A DNA stretch of 59,807 bases from Octopus sinensis (GCF_006345805.1 NW_021832543.1:1-59807), one strand, 5' to 3'; positions 36,711-50,095 are shown, counted from the stretch's first letter. Notes: generated from the letters alone by a model not told the origin. Numbers and translations: made by a program.

Positions 36711-37284
36711 ACAGCGAAAAGGGATTGCTTCGAAAAGGGATTGTATCTTTGAAGAAACGTAAATATCGGAAGAGTTTATATTCCAATTAACGAAGAGGAT
36801 GGAGGGAGCAACTGGTTTCTCTTGCATAATTGCACAACGGTTTCACAAACACTTTATCAGTATTTTGGGGGTTTTTTGTATACGTATCTGCATGCATGTA
36901 TATGTATGTGTGCATGCACGTGTGTGTGTGTGTGTATGTGTATATATAAATATATATATATATAAATAAAAACTTGGAGAAGAGAAACGACGCGTGCGTT
37001 CGGTCATATAATAACAATAGAATAAATAGATAAAATATATGCATATATACATACATATATGTACGTACTTACATCTACATGTATATATACAAGCATATAT
37101 AGATATATATGAGTACAGGACACCACAAATATACGTAGAACACAACGAGAAACAAAAACATAAAATCAAACAAGGAAACGGACTTTTTTTAACAACGAAA
37201 AAACAGAGTACAGGACAAACAAAACAAGGAAAATTCCACTTCATCAGCTGCCCCTGGTTCGATTCAATGTGTGTGTCAAAGGTA

Positions 37285-37295
37285 ATATATATATG

Positions 37296-37374
<79 letters not shown>

Positions 37375-37488
37375 ATATATATATATATATATGTATATAC
37401 ATATATATATGTATCTATCTAGCTATCTCTCTCTCTCTCTCTCTCCTCTATATATATATATATATATATATATGTATCTATCTATCTA

Positions 37489-37520
<32 letters not shown>

Positions 37521-37553
37521 TAGTATGTATGTATGTATGTATGTATGTATGTA

Positions 37554-37609
<56 letters not shown>

Positions 37610-37642
37610 CTATATACATATATACATATATTATATATACAT

Positions 37643-37701
<59 letters not shown>

Positions 37702-37710
37702 GTATTATAT
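37285..37710. repeat. Compound (ATCT)n/(TA)n/(CT)n/(ATGT)n microsatellite
   Basis: Direct reading. Confidence 0.95.
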
Positions 37711-37783
37711 ATAGGAGCTGGCAGAATCGTTTGCATGCCGGACATAATGTTTAATGGTATTTCGTGTGTCTTTTCCTTTTATA

Positions 37784-37945
37784 GGCACAAGAGTGGCTGT
37801 GTGGTAAGTAGCTTCCTTACCAACCACATGGTTCCGGGTTCAGTCCCCCTGCGTGGCACCTTGGGCAAGTGTCTTCTACTATAGCCTCAGGCTGACAAAA
37901 GGCTTGTGAGTCAATTTTGTAGACGGAAACTGAAAGAAACCCGTC
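37784..37945 (+). mobile_element. SINE family A, 5' half
   Basis: Head and central domain; ends in a TA tract. Confidence 0.8.
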
Positions 37946-38016
37946 ATATATATGCGTGCATATATATATATTTACACATTATATATATATACATAATATA
38001 TATATATGTATATGGA

Positions 38017-38070
<54 letters not shown>

Positions 38071-38108
38071 CATATATATATAGATATATATATATAACAT
38101 ACATACAT

Positions 38109-38324
38109 ATCATCATCATCATCGTTTAACGTCCGTTTTCCGCGCTAGCACGGGTTGGACGGTTTCGACCGGGGTCTGGGGAGCTCGGGACTGCCCCAGG
38201 CTCCAGTCTAGTCTGGCAGTGTTTCTACAGCTGGATGCCCTTCCTAACGCCAACCACTCCGCGAGTGTAGTGGGTGTTTTTTACGTGCCACCTGCACAGG
38301 TGCCAGAGGGGTCTGGCATCGGCC
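38109..38324 (-). mobile_element. Short RTE 3'-end copy, inverted relative to the long RTE
   Basis: Diverged reverse complement of 41880-42087, including the (GAT)n tail and one partial 63-bp unit. Confidence 0.85.
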
Positions 38325-38331
38325 ATATACA

Positions 38332-38417
<86 letters not shown>

Positions 38418-38477
38418 TACATACATACATACATACATAGATACATATATACATACATACATACATATATATATATA

Positions 38478-41400
38478 TGGGTAGGTAAGGTAATCGAGGT
38501 AGTCAGAGTAAGTGACAGAGTAATTAAAATTAGATTAGTCCTTCACCATAGGACAGCTACCATCATCTCGGCATATGCCCCTCAACCAGGGCTACCGGAA
38601 GGACAAAAAGACCAATTCTATGACACCCTATTGCGGACTACCTCATTGACAAATGACAGTGACCTTCTCTTCGTGGCAGGTGATTTCAATGGACATGTTG
38701 GACGACATGTCGGGGGCTTCCATGGCGTCCATGGAGGCTACGGTTTCGGCTCTCGTAATGAGGAGGGAACCAGGCTGCTGGAGTTCTGCGATGCAAATGA
38801 CCTTATGGTCTGCAATACCAACTTCAGGAAACCCACCTCTCACCTAGTCACCTACCGTTCTGGCAGATACACCAGCCAGATTGACTACATCCTTGCCAGA
38901 AAAAGGGAAAGAGGGCTGATTATAAATGCCAAAACCTTTCCAGGCGAAGAATGTACTCCCCAACATAGATTAGTGGCTAGTGACTTCAGGATCAGAGCTA
39001 AATGGTTGCCCAGAAGAAGACCAGCTTGGAGGAGAAGGGTCTGGAAGCTTAAAGATCCTGCAAATGGACAGAGATTTAGAGACATACTACTCTAGGCCTT
39101 TGACGAAATAGAAGGGGATATAGCTTCACTTAATGTGGAAGACAACTGGAGATTCCTTCGGGACAATCTGCTGACAGCCACTGACCAGATCTGTGGATGG
39201 AGCAAAGTACCATCTCGACCCAGAGTAACATGGTGGTGGAACACTGTAGTTGACAGGGCTATTAGACAAAAGAGACAGGCTTGGAAGGACTGGAAGAACG
39301 GTGGTAGCAGGGAATTGTATCAGACAGCCAGAAGGGAAGCTAGGAGACAGGTTTATCTCGCCAGAGGGGAAGCAGATAAGAAAAAATTTGCCAATGTTCT
39401 GAGCCGTGAGGATGAAAGACTTGAGGTATTTCGTGTTGCAAGACAGTGTGTAAGAGAGAATCGTGATGTGGTAGGAGAGAAGTGTGTTCGCATGGATGAT
39501 GGTTCACTTGCGCTAAATGAGGATGCAAAGAGAGAGGTTTGGAGATGCCACTATGAAGGGTTGCTGAATAAAGAAAATGAATGGGATAAAGAGAGTCTGC
39601 CAAATGTTGACCCAACAGAGGGACCAGCTATCCGAGTTGATAGTTCCGTGGTAGCTAAGGCAATTAGAAGCATGAAGACAGGGAAAGCCCCAGGCCCATC
39701 AGGAATTACTGCAGAGATGCTCAAAATATCTGGCAGTGTCAGCTGTAACCTAGTCACCCGTATAGTCAACCAGGTGATACACGAAGGAGTCATACCCAAT
39801 GACTGGTGTAGCAGCATACTAGTCAACTGCTACAAAGGTAAAGGTGATGCCCTGGATATAAATAATTACAGAGGTATCAAGCTGTTGGATCAGGTAATGA
39901 AGGTTACGGAGAGGGTCATAGCCCAACTAATTAGAGAGAGAGTTAGTTTAGATGAGATGCAGTTTGGGTTCGTGCCAGGGAAAAGCACCACTGATGCTAT
40001 ATTCCTGGTAAGGCTACTGCAGGAGAAATACCTAGCCAAAGATAAGCCCCTGTACCTGGCTTTCGTTGACATGGAGAAAGCCTTTGATAGGGTCCCCCGA
40101 TCCCTCATCTGGTGGTCAATGAGGAAACTAGGGATAGATGAATGGCTGGTGAGGGCTGTGCAAGCCATGTACAGAGATGCCGTAAGTAAGGTTAGGGTTG
40201 GCAAATGTACACAGAAGAATTCAAAGTAGAGGTTGGGGTCCACCAGGGTTCAGTACTCAGCCCCCTCCTATTATCATAGTCCTCCAGGCAATTGTGGAGG
40301 AATTCAAGACAGGCTGCCCCTGGGAGCTCCTCTATGCTGACGACCTCGCTCTAATTGCTGAATCACTATCAGAACTGGAGCAGAAGTTCCAGATGTGGAA
40401 GGAGGGTTAGAATCGAGGGGCCTTAGAGTCAACCTAGCTAAAACCAAAGTACTAATAAGTAGAAAGGTAGACAATCCACAAATATCCTCAGGAAGATGGC
40501 CCTGCTCGATCTGTAGAAAAGGTGTAGGTAGAAACTCTATAAGATGTACCCAGTGTAAGCTATGGACACATAAGAGGTGCAGCAATGTCAAAGGTAGGCT
40601 AACTGGGAAGATAGTTTTTGTATGTGGCAGATGCTCGGGAGCATTGACCTCCGAAAATCTGCAGAAACACAACTTCCGTCACTTTCCGGGGGGAAAAGCT
40701 AGAAGTAGTTGATAGCTCCCAATATCTAGGTGACCAAGTCAGTAGTGGGGGTGGGTGCGCTGAAAGTGTAACTGCTAGAATAAGAATAGCCTGGGCAAAG
40801 TTTAGGGAGCTCTTACCTCTGCTGGTGACTAAAGCCTCTCGCTCAGAGTAAAAGGCAGACTGTATGATGCATGTGTACGAACAGCTATGCTACATGGCAG
40901 TGAAACATGGGCCGTGACTGCTGAGGACATGCGTAAGCTCGTGAGGAATGAAGCCAGTATGCTCCGATGGATGTGTAATGTCAGTGTACTTACACGACAG
41001 AGCGTTAGTACCTTGAGAGAAATGTTGTACCTAAGAAGCATCAGTTGTGGTGTGCAAGAGAGACGATTGCGCTGGTATGGTCATGTGGCGAGAATGGATG
41101 AAGATAGGTGTGGGAGAAAGTGCGAATCCCTAGCAGTTGAGGGAACCCGTGGAAGAGGTAGACCCAGGAAAACCTGGGACGAGGTGGTGAAGCACGACCT
41201 TCGGACGTTAGGTCTCACCATGGAAATGACTAGAGACCGAGACCTATGGAAGTATGCCGTGCGTGAGAAGACCCGGCAAGACTAGTGAAGCCATAACCCG
41301 TGGCCCCTACCTGGGACGTAGTCAGTCCACCTGTGCATACCTTCCTTATTGTGGCACTTGAGAAGACCTGTTGAGGCAAGTGAAAATCAAAATCAAAACC

Positions 41401-42087
41401 AAATCAAAATAGATGTACGTCAATGGAATTTGTATCCTTTATGGTACCAGTGCCAGTGGCACATAAGAAAACCATCTGAACGTGACCGTAGCCAGTACCG
41501 CATCGACTGGCCTCCGTGCTGAGGGCACATAACAAACACCATCCGAGCGTGGCCGTTCGCCAGCCCCGTCTGGCACCTGTGCCGGTGACACATAAGAAAA
41601 CCCCATCCGAGCTTGGCCGTCTACCAGCCTCGTCTGGCACCTGTGTCGGTGGCACATAAGAAACACCATCCGAGCGTGGCCGTCTGCCAGCCTCGTCTGG
41701 CACCTGTGTCGGTGGCACATAAAAAACACCATCCGAGCTTGGCCGTCTGCCAGCCTCGTCTGGCACCTGTGTCGGTGGCACATAAGAAACACCATCCGAG
41801 CGTGGCCGTCTGCCAGCCTCGTCTGGCACCTGTGTCGGTGGCACATAAAAAACACCATCCGAGCGTGGCCGTCTGCCAGCCTCGTCTGGCACCTGTGTCG
41901 TGGCACATAAAATCACCCCTACACTCTCGGAGTGGTTGGCGTTAGGAAGGGCATCCAGCTGTAGAAACACTGCCAGATCTGACTGGCCTGGTGCAGCCTT
42001 CGGGCTTGCCAGACCCCAGTTGAACCGTCCAACCCATGCTAGCATGGAAAGCGGACGTTAAACGATGATGATGATGATGATGATGAT
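38478..42087 (+). mobile_element. 5'-truncated RTE-clade LINE (APE, RT, PHD-like C4HC3 insert, C-terminal domain, 3' UTR, (GAT)n tail), inactivated
   Basis: [25 protein letters not shown]; premature TAG at 39093; KAPGPSG, NYRGIKLL, MQFGF, FVDMEKAFDRV, YADD at 40333-40344; several frameshifts; RWYGHVARM...RGRGRPRKTW; stop at 41285. Confidence 0.95.
41458..41910 (+). repeat. 63-bp tandem repeat in the RTE 3' UTR (6 conserved + 1 degenerate unit)
   Basis: Unit GGCACATAAGAAACACCATCCGAGCGTGGCCGTCTGCCAGCCTCGTCTGGCACCTGTGTCGGT; starts at 41651, 41714, 41777 and 41840. Confidence 0.93.
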
Positions 42088-42272
42088 ATATATATATATT
42101 ATATATATGAGGGTTTTTTCTTCATTTTCTTCTAACAAAAGGATCACAATTTTCTGATCAGCCAAAGGCATAATATCAATGAATGTGTGTGCATGTATGC
42201 ATGTGTATGTGTGTATATGTATGCGTATGTGTGTGTGTAGAAATATATATATATATACATACACTCCTTACC

Positions 42273-42335
<63 letters not shown>

Positions 42336-42375
42336 CATACACTCCTTACATATATATATATACATATATATATAC

Positions 42376-42466
<91 letters not shown>

Positions 42467-42469
<3 letters not shown>

Positions 42470-42690
42470 TGGCGAGCTAGCAGAAACGTTAGCTCGCCAT
42501 GCGAAATAAGTAGCCGTATTTCGTCTGTCGTTACGTTCTGAGTTCATATTCCACCGAGGTCAACTTTGCCTTTCATCCTCTTGGGGTCGATAAATAAAGT
42601 ACCAGTTTCGCACTGAGTTGATGTAATCGACTTAATCCCTTTGTCTGTCCTTGTTTGTCCCCTCTATGTTTAGCCCCCTGTGGTTAGTAA
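42467..42690 (+). mobile_element. SINE family B variant
   Basis: AGGTGGCGAGCTAGCAGAAACGTTAG head...TTTAGCCCCCTGTGG tail. Confidence 0.8.
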
Positions 42691-42706
42691 AGAAATATAT
42701 ATATAT

Positions 42707-43025
42707 AGGCCGTGACTGCTGAGGATATGCGTCAGCTCGCAAGAAATGAAGCCAGTATGCTCTGATGGATGTGTAATGTCAGTGTTCATACTTGACAGAG
42801 TGTAAGTACCTTGAGGGAAAAGTTGGACCTAAGAAGCATCAGTTGTGGTGTGCAAGAGAGACGTTTGCGCTGGTATGGGCATGTGGCGAGAATGGATGAA
42901 GATAGTTGTGTGAAAAAGTGCCACACCCTAGTGATTAAGGGAACCTGTGGAAGAGGTAGACCCATGAAAACCTGGGACGAGGTGGTGAAGCACGACCTTT
43001 GAACTTTAGGTCTCACCAAGGAAAT
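42707..43025 (+). mobile_element. RTE ORF2 C-terminal fragment
   Basis: Homologous to 40910-41225 (LRWYGHVARMDEDSCVKKC...RGRPMKTWDEVVKHDL). Confidence 0.9.
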
Positions 43026-43463
43026 GGTGTGTGTATATCTGTGTCTCTGTCTGTTCCCCAATCCCAACAGTTGCCATCTGGTGAGTGTGTGTTTATGTCC
43101 CCATAAATTAATGGTTTGTTAAAAGAAACCCTTAGAATAAGTCCCAAGCTTTATAATATTAAGTCCTTAGGTTGATAAGTTGGGTGGTGCCCCAGCACGG
43201 CCACAGTCTTAAAAAAGTAAAGAATGATAACATATACACAAAAATGTTTGTATGTGGGTGTATATAAATGGGTGTATGAATGTATATGTTTAGAAATCCC
43301 AAAACTCAAATAGGTTTGATGAATGCGAAGTAAAAACTGTCAATTCTTGTTATTTACACTTGGGTAAGCATTCTCATAAAACACTTTCTTAGAAAGCTTT
43401 TGTTGGATTCTCAACCAAATAGCGTGGGAAAATTTTTACTAGAAAAGTATTACTGTGCATGTA

Positions 43464-43494
<31 letters not shown>

Positions 43495-44039
43495 TTGTAT
43501 ATATATATGTGTGTGTGTATATATATGTATGTATATGCATATATATATTTACTGTAACTGTGTGTGTGTATGTATTTACGTGTATATATATATATGTTTA
43601 ATTATATATGCATATATAAGGGTGTATACTTGTGTATATTTATACCCCTGTACATGTGTGTTTGTGTCTGTGTGTCTGTGTGAATGTGTGGATGCACATT
43701 TCTAGTGTGTTGCACTCATGATACTAAGATTAAGGTTTCAATTCCTGGATTGGGTGATAGATTGTTTTCTTGAGCAACACTCTTCATTCCACTTCCCCCA
43801 ATTTATTCGGCTAGTAAAAACAAGGAATCCAATGATGGCCCACCTTCCTCTTCATTGGGGGAAATATATACATGACAGAATAAGGGAAACCAGCCTTATG
43901 AGTCGATAATTTGTGCAGGAAAGTTTTGATACGGTTTCATAATACACACACGCACAGATATATTATTCTTTTACACGTTTCTTTACACATGTAGCTGTGG
44001 TCATGCTGGAGCACCATCATGGTCTTGCAGCTTTTCTCA

Positions 44040-44165
44040 GTCGTTTGCCCCAGCTGTAATCTTGCGATGTCATCTTTGATTTTTTTATTGCCTCTGATAA
44101 TTTTGTATCGTTAGCATAGCTGGTAACTATGGCTGTCTGAGGGGCCACTGGCATGTCTAAGAGGG
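44040..44165 (-). mobile_element. CR1-like RT fragment around the YADD motif
   Basis: TAIVTSYANDTKLSEAIKK parallels [15 protein letters not shown] of the 46608 copy. Confidence 0.6.
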
Positions 44166-44198
44166 CTACAAATGCATACATACATATAGACATATATG

Positions 44199-44460
44199 TA
44201 TCATCATCATCGTCGTCGTCTTTAACGTCTGCTTCCATGCTGGCATGAATTGGACGGTTTGACTGAGGGCTGGCAAACCAGAAGGCTGCACCAGGCCCCA
44301 ATCTCATCTGGCAAAGTTTCTGCAGTTGGATACCATTCCTAATGCCAACCACTCCGAGAGTGAAGTCGGTGCTTTTTATGTGCCACAGGCATCAGGGCCA
44401 CTCAGGCAGTGCTGGCATCAAGCATGTTTGAATGATGCATTTTACGTGCCACCGTCACAT
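44199..44460 (-). mobile_element. RTE 3'-end copy
   Basis: CATCATCATCGTCGTCGTCTTTAACGTC...GGATACCATTCCTAATGCCAACCACTCCGAGAGTG. Confidence 0.8.
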
Positions 44461-44633
44461 ACGTATGCAGTATACATTTATGTATGTTTTTTGTATGTAT
44501 ATAAATATATATATATATATCGGTAAATGTAATATGTGACAATTATTTGGTATATATTCAATATATATATGTATGCACTATATATATATAACCCGTGCTA
44601 GCACGGAAAACGGACGTTAAACGATGATAATGT

Positions 44634-44684
<51 letters not shown>

Positions 44685-44744
44685 TGTATTTTATATATAT
44701 ATATTTGTAAATATAAAAACATCCACATACGTATTATATATATT

Positions 44745-45121
44745 TTATTTCTGTAGTTTCAGCTCAGAGCTGCGGCCATGCTGGAGCGACTGCCGTTTTG
44801 CTACACTGTTATTACTGAGTGCCTCCTCCAATATGTGGCACTTGGTAAAGAATGGAGTTTGATGTAGCCACCCTTATTTACACCTCTTGACGTGAGGGAG
44901 GTTCATCTGAGACTCTCAACAGGAAGAGGTCCAGCTTTGATTTAAAATCTCCTACATTTACTTTGTGCAAGTTCTTCAGGTTCTTTAAGAGGATATTAAA
45001 AAGCTGTGGGCCCCTGAAATCCAGACTGTTGCAGTAACTGGTCCCGAAGTGCGATGGCATTGCTGGAATCTTTGGCACTATGCAGTGTCGTCCTGTTCTG
45101 GCATTGGTGTAGCTTTCAATG
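44745..45121 (-). mobile_element. CR1-like LINE 3' fragment with tail
   Basis: [14 protein letters not shown]...[10 protein letters not shown]...KSKLDLFL.RVSDEP; tail GTTTCAGCTCAGAGCTGCGGCCATGCTGGAGC. Confidence 0.85.
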
Positions 45122-45384
45122 ACAAAATTTATATATATGTATATATATATGTGTGTGTGCGTATTATTTATATATATATATATAAATATAAACACACACA
45201 CACACACACACGCGTATTATGTATATGTATACATATATATATATATATATGTATTATTTATTTATATATATATACGCACACACACATATGTATGTATGTA
45301 TATATATGTGTGTGTATATATATATTTCGATTTTGGATTTGGTTTGCAAAATTCTTTATGTGAGTTCGTGTGTTGAAGCACATT

Positions 45385-45543
45385 CTGTTGTGTCTGGGGA
45401 GAGTCATTCACTTTTAGTGCCTAATTATTTAACACACTCACCGGTAAAATTTCCACTTATTTCTTATTTTTATTTTCTAAAATTTTCCTTGCCTCTTGCA
45501 ACCTTTTCAATAGTCTTGACGCAATCACTCTCCCCAGACACAA

Positions 45544-45546
<3 letters not shown>
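45385..45546. repeat. Inverted repeat, 24-bp arms
   Basis: CTGTTGTGTCTGGGGAGAGTCATT (45385-45408) vs AATCACTCTCCCCAGACACAACAG (45523-45546), 1 mismatch. Confidence 0.9.
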
Positions 45547-45585
<39 letters not shown>

Positions 45586-45595
45586 GTATATGTAT

Positions 45596-46608
45596 GATTG
45601 ATTGATTGATTGATTGATTCTAGTTTCAGCTTATGAGCTGTGGCCATGCTGGGCACCGCCATTTGGTGTTGCTACTTGGTTTTACTTCACGAAAGCTTTT
45701 TAGCAACTGCCATTTGGTGCATGAGAGAGTTCGATGCAGCTGCCCTCATCTGCACCTCCTGCCGTGAAGTTGGTTCATCTGGGACACCTGACAGGAAGAG
45801 ATCCAGTTTCATTTTAAAGACATCTGCATCCACCCCATGCAGGTCTCTCAGGTTCTTCGGGAGGATATTGAAGAGCTGTGGGCCACGGAAGCCCCGGCTA
45901 TCACAGAATCTTGTCCTACATCTTGATGGCAAACTTGGAGTCCTAGGCACCACGCAGTGGCGCCCAGTTCTGGCATTTGCGTAACTCCCGATGCCAAAGT
46001 TTAGGACACGTCCCTCCAGGATCTTCCAGATGTATATTATGGCATATCTTTCCCGCCTACGCTTCAAGGAATATAGTTTTAATCTCTTGAGTCTTTCCCA
46101 GTAGCTTACATTCTGCATAGAGGCTATCTTCTTCGTGTAGCTGCGTTGGATCGCCTCGAGCTCTGTGATCAACTTGACACTGGATGGTGACCATAACTGA
46201 GAGCAGTAGTCAAAGTGGCTTAGGACAAGTGTCCTCCAGAGGACCATCATGGTTTCTTGTTCTCTTGTTCTAAAGGTTCTGAGGATCCATCCGGCCAGTC
46301 GTCTACATTTCATTGCCAATTTAGCAACATGTACATGAAAGGTTGCGTTGTCACTCATGTAAATACCCAGGTCACGCACTGATTGTGCCTCTGGGATTGC
46401 TATTCCTCCGGGTCCAGTGTATTCATTGGGTATTGCATTTAGTTTTGCATGCTGATAGTATAAAGCTTGAAACTTTTCAGCATTGAACTGCATGCTATTC
46501 TTTTCAGCCCACTTGTATATTTTGTCCAGCTCACATTGCAGGCGTTTAGTGTTCTCAGGGTTCTGTATTGCCTGTGAAACTTTTGTATCATCTGCATAAC
46601 TTGTGATC
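45596..46608 (-). mobile_element. 5'-truncated CR1-clade LINE (open from YADD to stop; 3' UTR; (AATC)n tail)
   Basis: SYADDTK (YADD at 46587-46598), [38 protein letters not shown]; stop at 45687; (GATT)n at 45596-45619. Confidence 0.92.
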
Positions 46609-46952
46609 GTATATATATGTATATATATGTATATGTATATATATGTATATATATGTATATGTATATATATGTATATATATGTATATATATGTATATGTAT
46701 GTATATATATGTATATGTATGTTTATGTATGTATAATATATAATATATATATATATTATATATATATATGCACACACACGCACATGTATTTGATGGGTAG
46801 AGTGAGTGAAAGTACAGCATGAACATTTCATCACTGTAAAGGAATTGTTTCTGCAGACCTTTGGGCAAAAGATGGATGCTCGTATGTTGTTTTCAATTGG
46901 AGTGTCCATCACACATACATATGCATATATACACACACACATATATATATAT

Positions 46953-47338
46953 GTAGAAGTGGCTGTTTTGTCAGTAGATTGCTTACCAACCACATGGTTC
47001 TGTGTTCAGTCCCACTGCGTGGCACCTTGGGCAAGTGTCTTCTGCTATAGCCTCGGGCCGACCAAAGCCTTGTGAGTGAATTTGGTAGACGGAAACTGGA
47101 AGAAGCCCGTCGTATATATGTATATATATGTATGTGTGTATATGTTTGTCCCCCCACCATTGCTTGACAACCAATGCTGGTGTGTTTATGTCCCTGTAAC
47201 TTAGCGATTCAGCAAAAGAGACTGATAGAATAAGTACTAGGCTTACAAAGAATAAGTCCTGGGGTCGATTTACTCTACTTGAAGGTGGTGCTCCAGCATG
47301 GCCGCAGTCAAAAGACTGAAACAAGTAAACGAGAGAAA
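46953..47338 (+). mobile_element. Full-length SINE family A
   Basis: Matches the 10397 copy throughout. Confidence 0.88.
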
Positions 47339-47575
47339 AGATATATATAACACACATATATTAACATATGTGTGAACATAACCATGTAAATATATTTACT
47401 TGTATGTGTATGTTGATCTTTTACTGGATCCTGCAGTCATTAAATTGCGGCCAAGCAATTTTTTATATATTTTATATTTTATATATTTTGTATATTATTA
47501 TTTTTATTTGTCTTGGTTTATGTTTTACTCTGTTTGATTTGCCTAATAGTGCTTTTATCTCTAATTTAATTATTT

Positions 47576-47674
<99 letters not shown>

Positions 47675-47770
47675 ATATATATATGTAGGTCCCGGGTTGA
47701 TTCGGGGTTAACCACAGTAAATAAGGTACTCAATACATAGCAGAGTAAAATTAATTTATTATATAGAAGG

Positions 47771-47821
47771 AGCTTCTACAGAACTAGAACTGTTTCATTC
47801 AAGAGAAATCATCAGGAAGCT
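47771..47821 (-). ncRNA. Type-I hammerhead ribozyme motif, copy 1
   Basis: Minus strand: AGCUUC CUGAUGA UUUCUCUUGAAU GAAA CAG UUCUAGUU CUG UA / GAAGCU; 6-bp stem I, 4-bp stem III, GUA triplet; the 10.1-11.1 pair is U.U rather than the usual G-C. Confidence 0.7.
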
Positions 47822-48124
47822 AGTTAACAAGAATTGTATTGGCATTTATACATTTAGGCAGGTTTAAAGGGGTGGTGGTGGGGGACTTTTTGGGGGTAGG
47901 CATAGCGCAAAAATATCATACTTGGGGGGAGTGGTCAAGGAGTCAGTGGTAAATTAGATAAAAGAATAAATAAAAGAATAAAAAATATATAGAAGAATAG
48001 AGTTTTAGGTAAATAAGGAGATTCTCACTTATACATATACACATGTATATATACACACACACACACATATACATACACACATACATACCACACCACACTA
48101 TATATACATATACATATACAACAC

Positions 48125-48164
<40 letters not shown>

Positions 48165-48334
48165 CATATATATGCACATATATATACACACACACATGTA
48201 TATATACACACACGACCACACATACATATACACACAAAAATATATACATACACACACATGCACATACACACATACACACACATATCCACATACACACATG
48301 CACACACAAGTCCCTATATACACATATATACATA

Positions 48335-48368
<34 letters not shown>

Positions 48369-48770
48369 CATATGTGTACCTATACATACCTACACATACA
48401 CACATATACATACAAATACAAACCCATTCCCTAATTTTAATTTTATTATTATCTTCATTTATTACTTTTGTTATCTTTGACCGCGGGTCACAGGCATCTT
48501 GGCTACGACAGCAAGTCCATTATCTTTCTACTTGAACACAAGCACTCACTCACGCACACACTCATTAGCACGCACACTCACTCATTCGTACACTCATACA
48601 CATACACGCACGCACGCGTTATATTCATACATACATACATCTACATACATTCACATTTATACACATACGTACGCGTACCTACAGATTCATGTCTACACGC
48701 TTAGAAGACTAGTCCGTACATATACACCAATAAATATATATACAACATACATATACACACCTACATACAA

Positions 48771-48824
<54 letters not shown>

Positions 48825-48965
48825 GTATATATACATACATACATACACCCATACATACATACATATATACCATACACATACCCACACACATATACATATA
48901 CATACATATACGTGCATACATACACATACATATACATACATATACACATACATATATATATATAC

Positions 48966-49018
<53 letters not shown>

Positions 49019-49378
49019 CATACATGTACATACATACATATACATATATACACACACACATACATACACATATACATACACACACATACACATATACATG
49101 CGTACCCATACACACACACACGCGCATCCATATATACTCATAAGTACACACATGCGTCAAAGTATACATATATCTATACATATGCTTACACATACACACA
49201 CACACACGCACCTCCTTATGTTCATATACTTGCATGCATACTCAAAAAATAAATAATAAAATATATATACGTGCAGTTATACATATACATACATGCATAC
49301 TCAAAAAATAAATAATAAATATTAAGTATATATACGTGCAGTTACCTATTATACAGACGGATACATACATATAAACTT

Positions 49379-49423
<45 letters not shown>

Positions 49424-49554
49424 CTTACACATATGTACATATACATACACACATACATAACTCTACGTACCTACATATACATAAACACACGAGCGTACAC
49501 GTATATGTACATATACACATACACATACACACACATACATACATACATATACAT

Positions 49555-49590
<36 letters not shown>

Positions 49591-49872
49591 CAACAATTGA
49601 GGGTAAAGTTAATTAGTTATTAATCAATTTCACCAAGTATTCAGTATGTAAAAGGACCATTATTTTTGAGTAAACATTGTCTGAGAGAAATTTTCTTTAA
49701 GTAGTGGAAATGGCTAAAAAACTTTTTTGGCTGCTATTTCTAGAAAGTTCAGTATGTGGCAAAGTAATTTATTTTACTAAGCCCTAATTATATAATATTT
49801 TATATATACATACATATATATACACACATACATATACACATACATATGCATACACACATATATATACATATA

Positions 49873-49906
<34 letters not shown>

Positions 49907-50052
49907 TACATATATATATATTTTTACATATACATATTGTGTATATGTGTGTATGTATATGTATGTGTGTGTGTGTATATATATATGGTGTGTGTGTATG
50001 TGTGTATATGTTATATGTATGTATCATCATCATCATCATCATCATGTTTACG

Positions 50053-50095
<43 letters not shown>

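Noticed and set aside
38109-38324. Twin-priming 5' inversion of the long RTE
   Set aside because: It is a 3'-end copy with its own tail and is clearly diverged from 41880-42087, so it is an independent insertion
41404-42045. 213-aa, 155-aa, 110-aa and 95-aa repeat ORFs
   Set aside because: By-products of a 63-bp (multiple of 3) tandem repeat in the RTE 3' UTR; open in several frames at once
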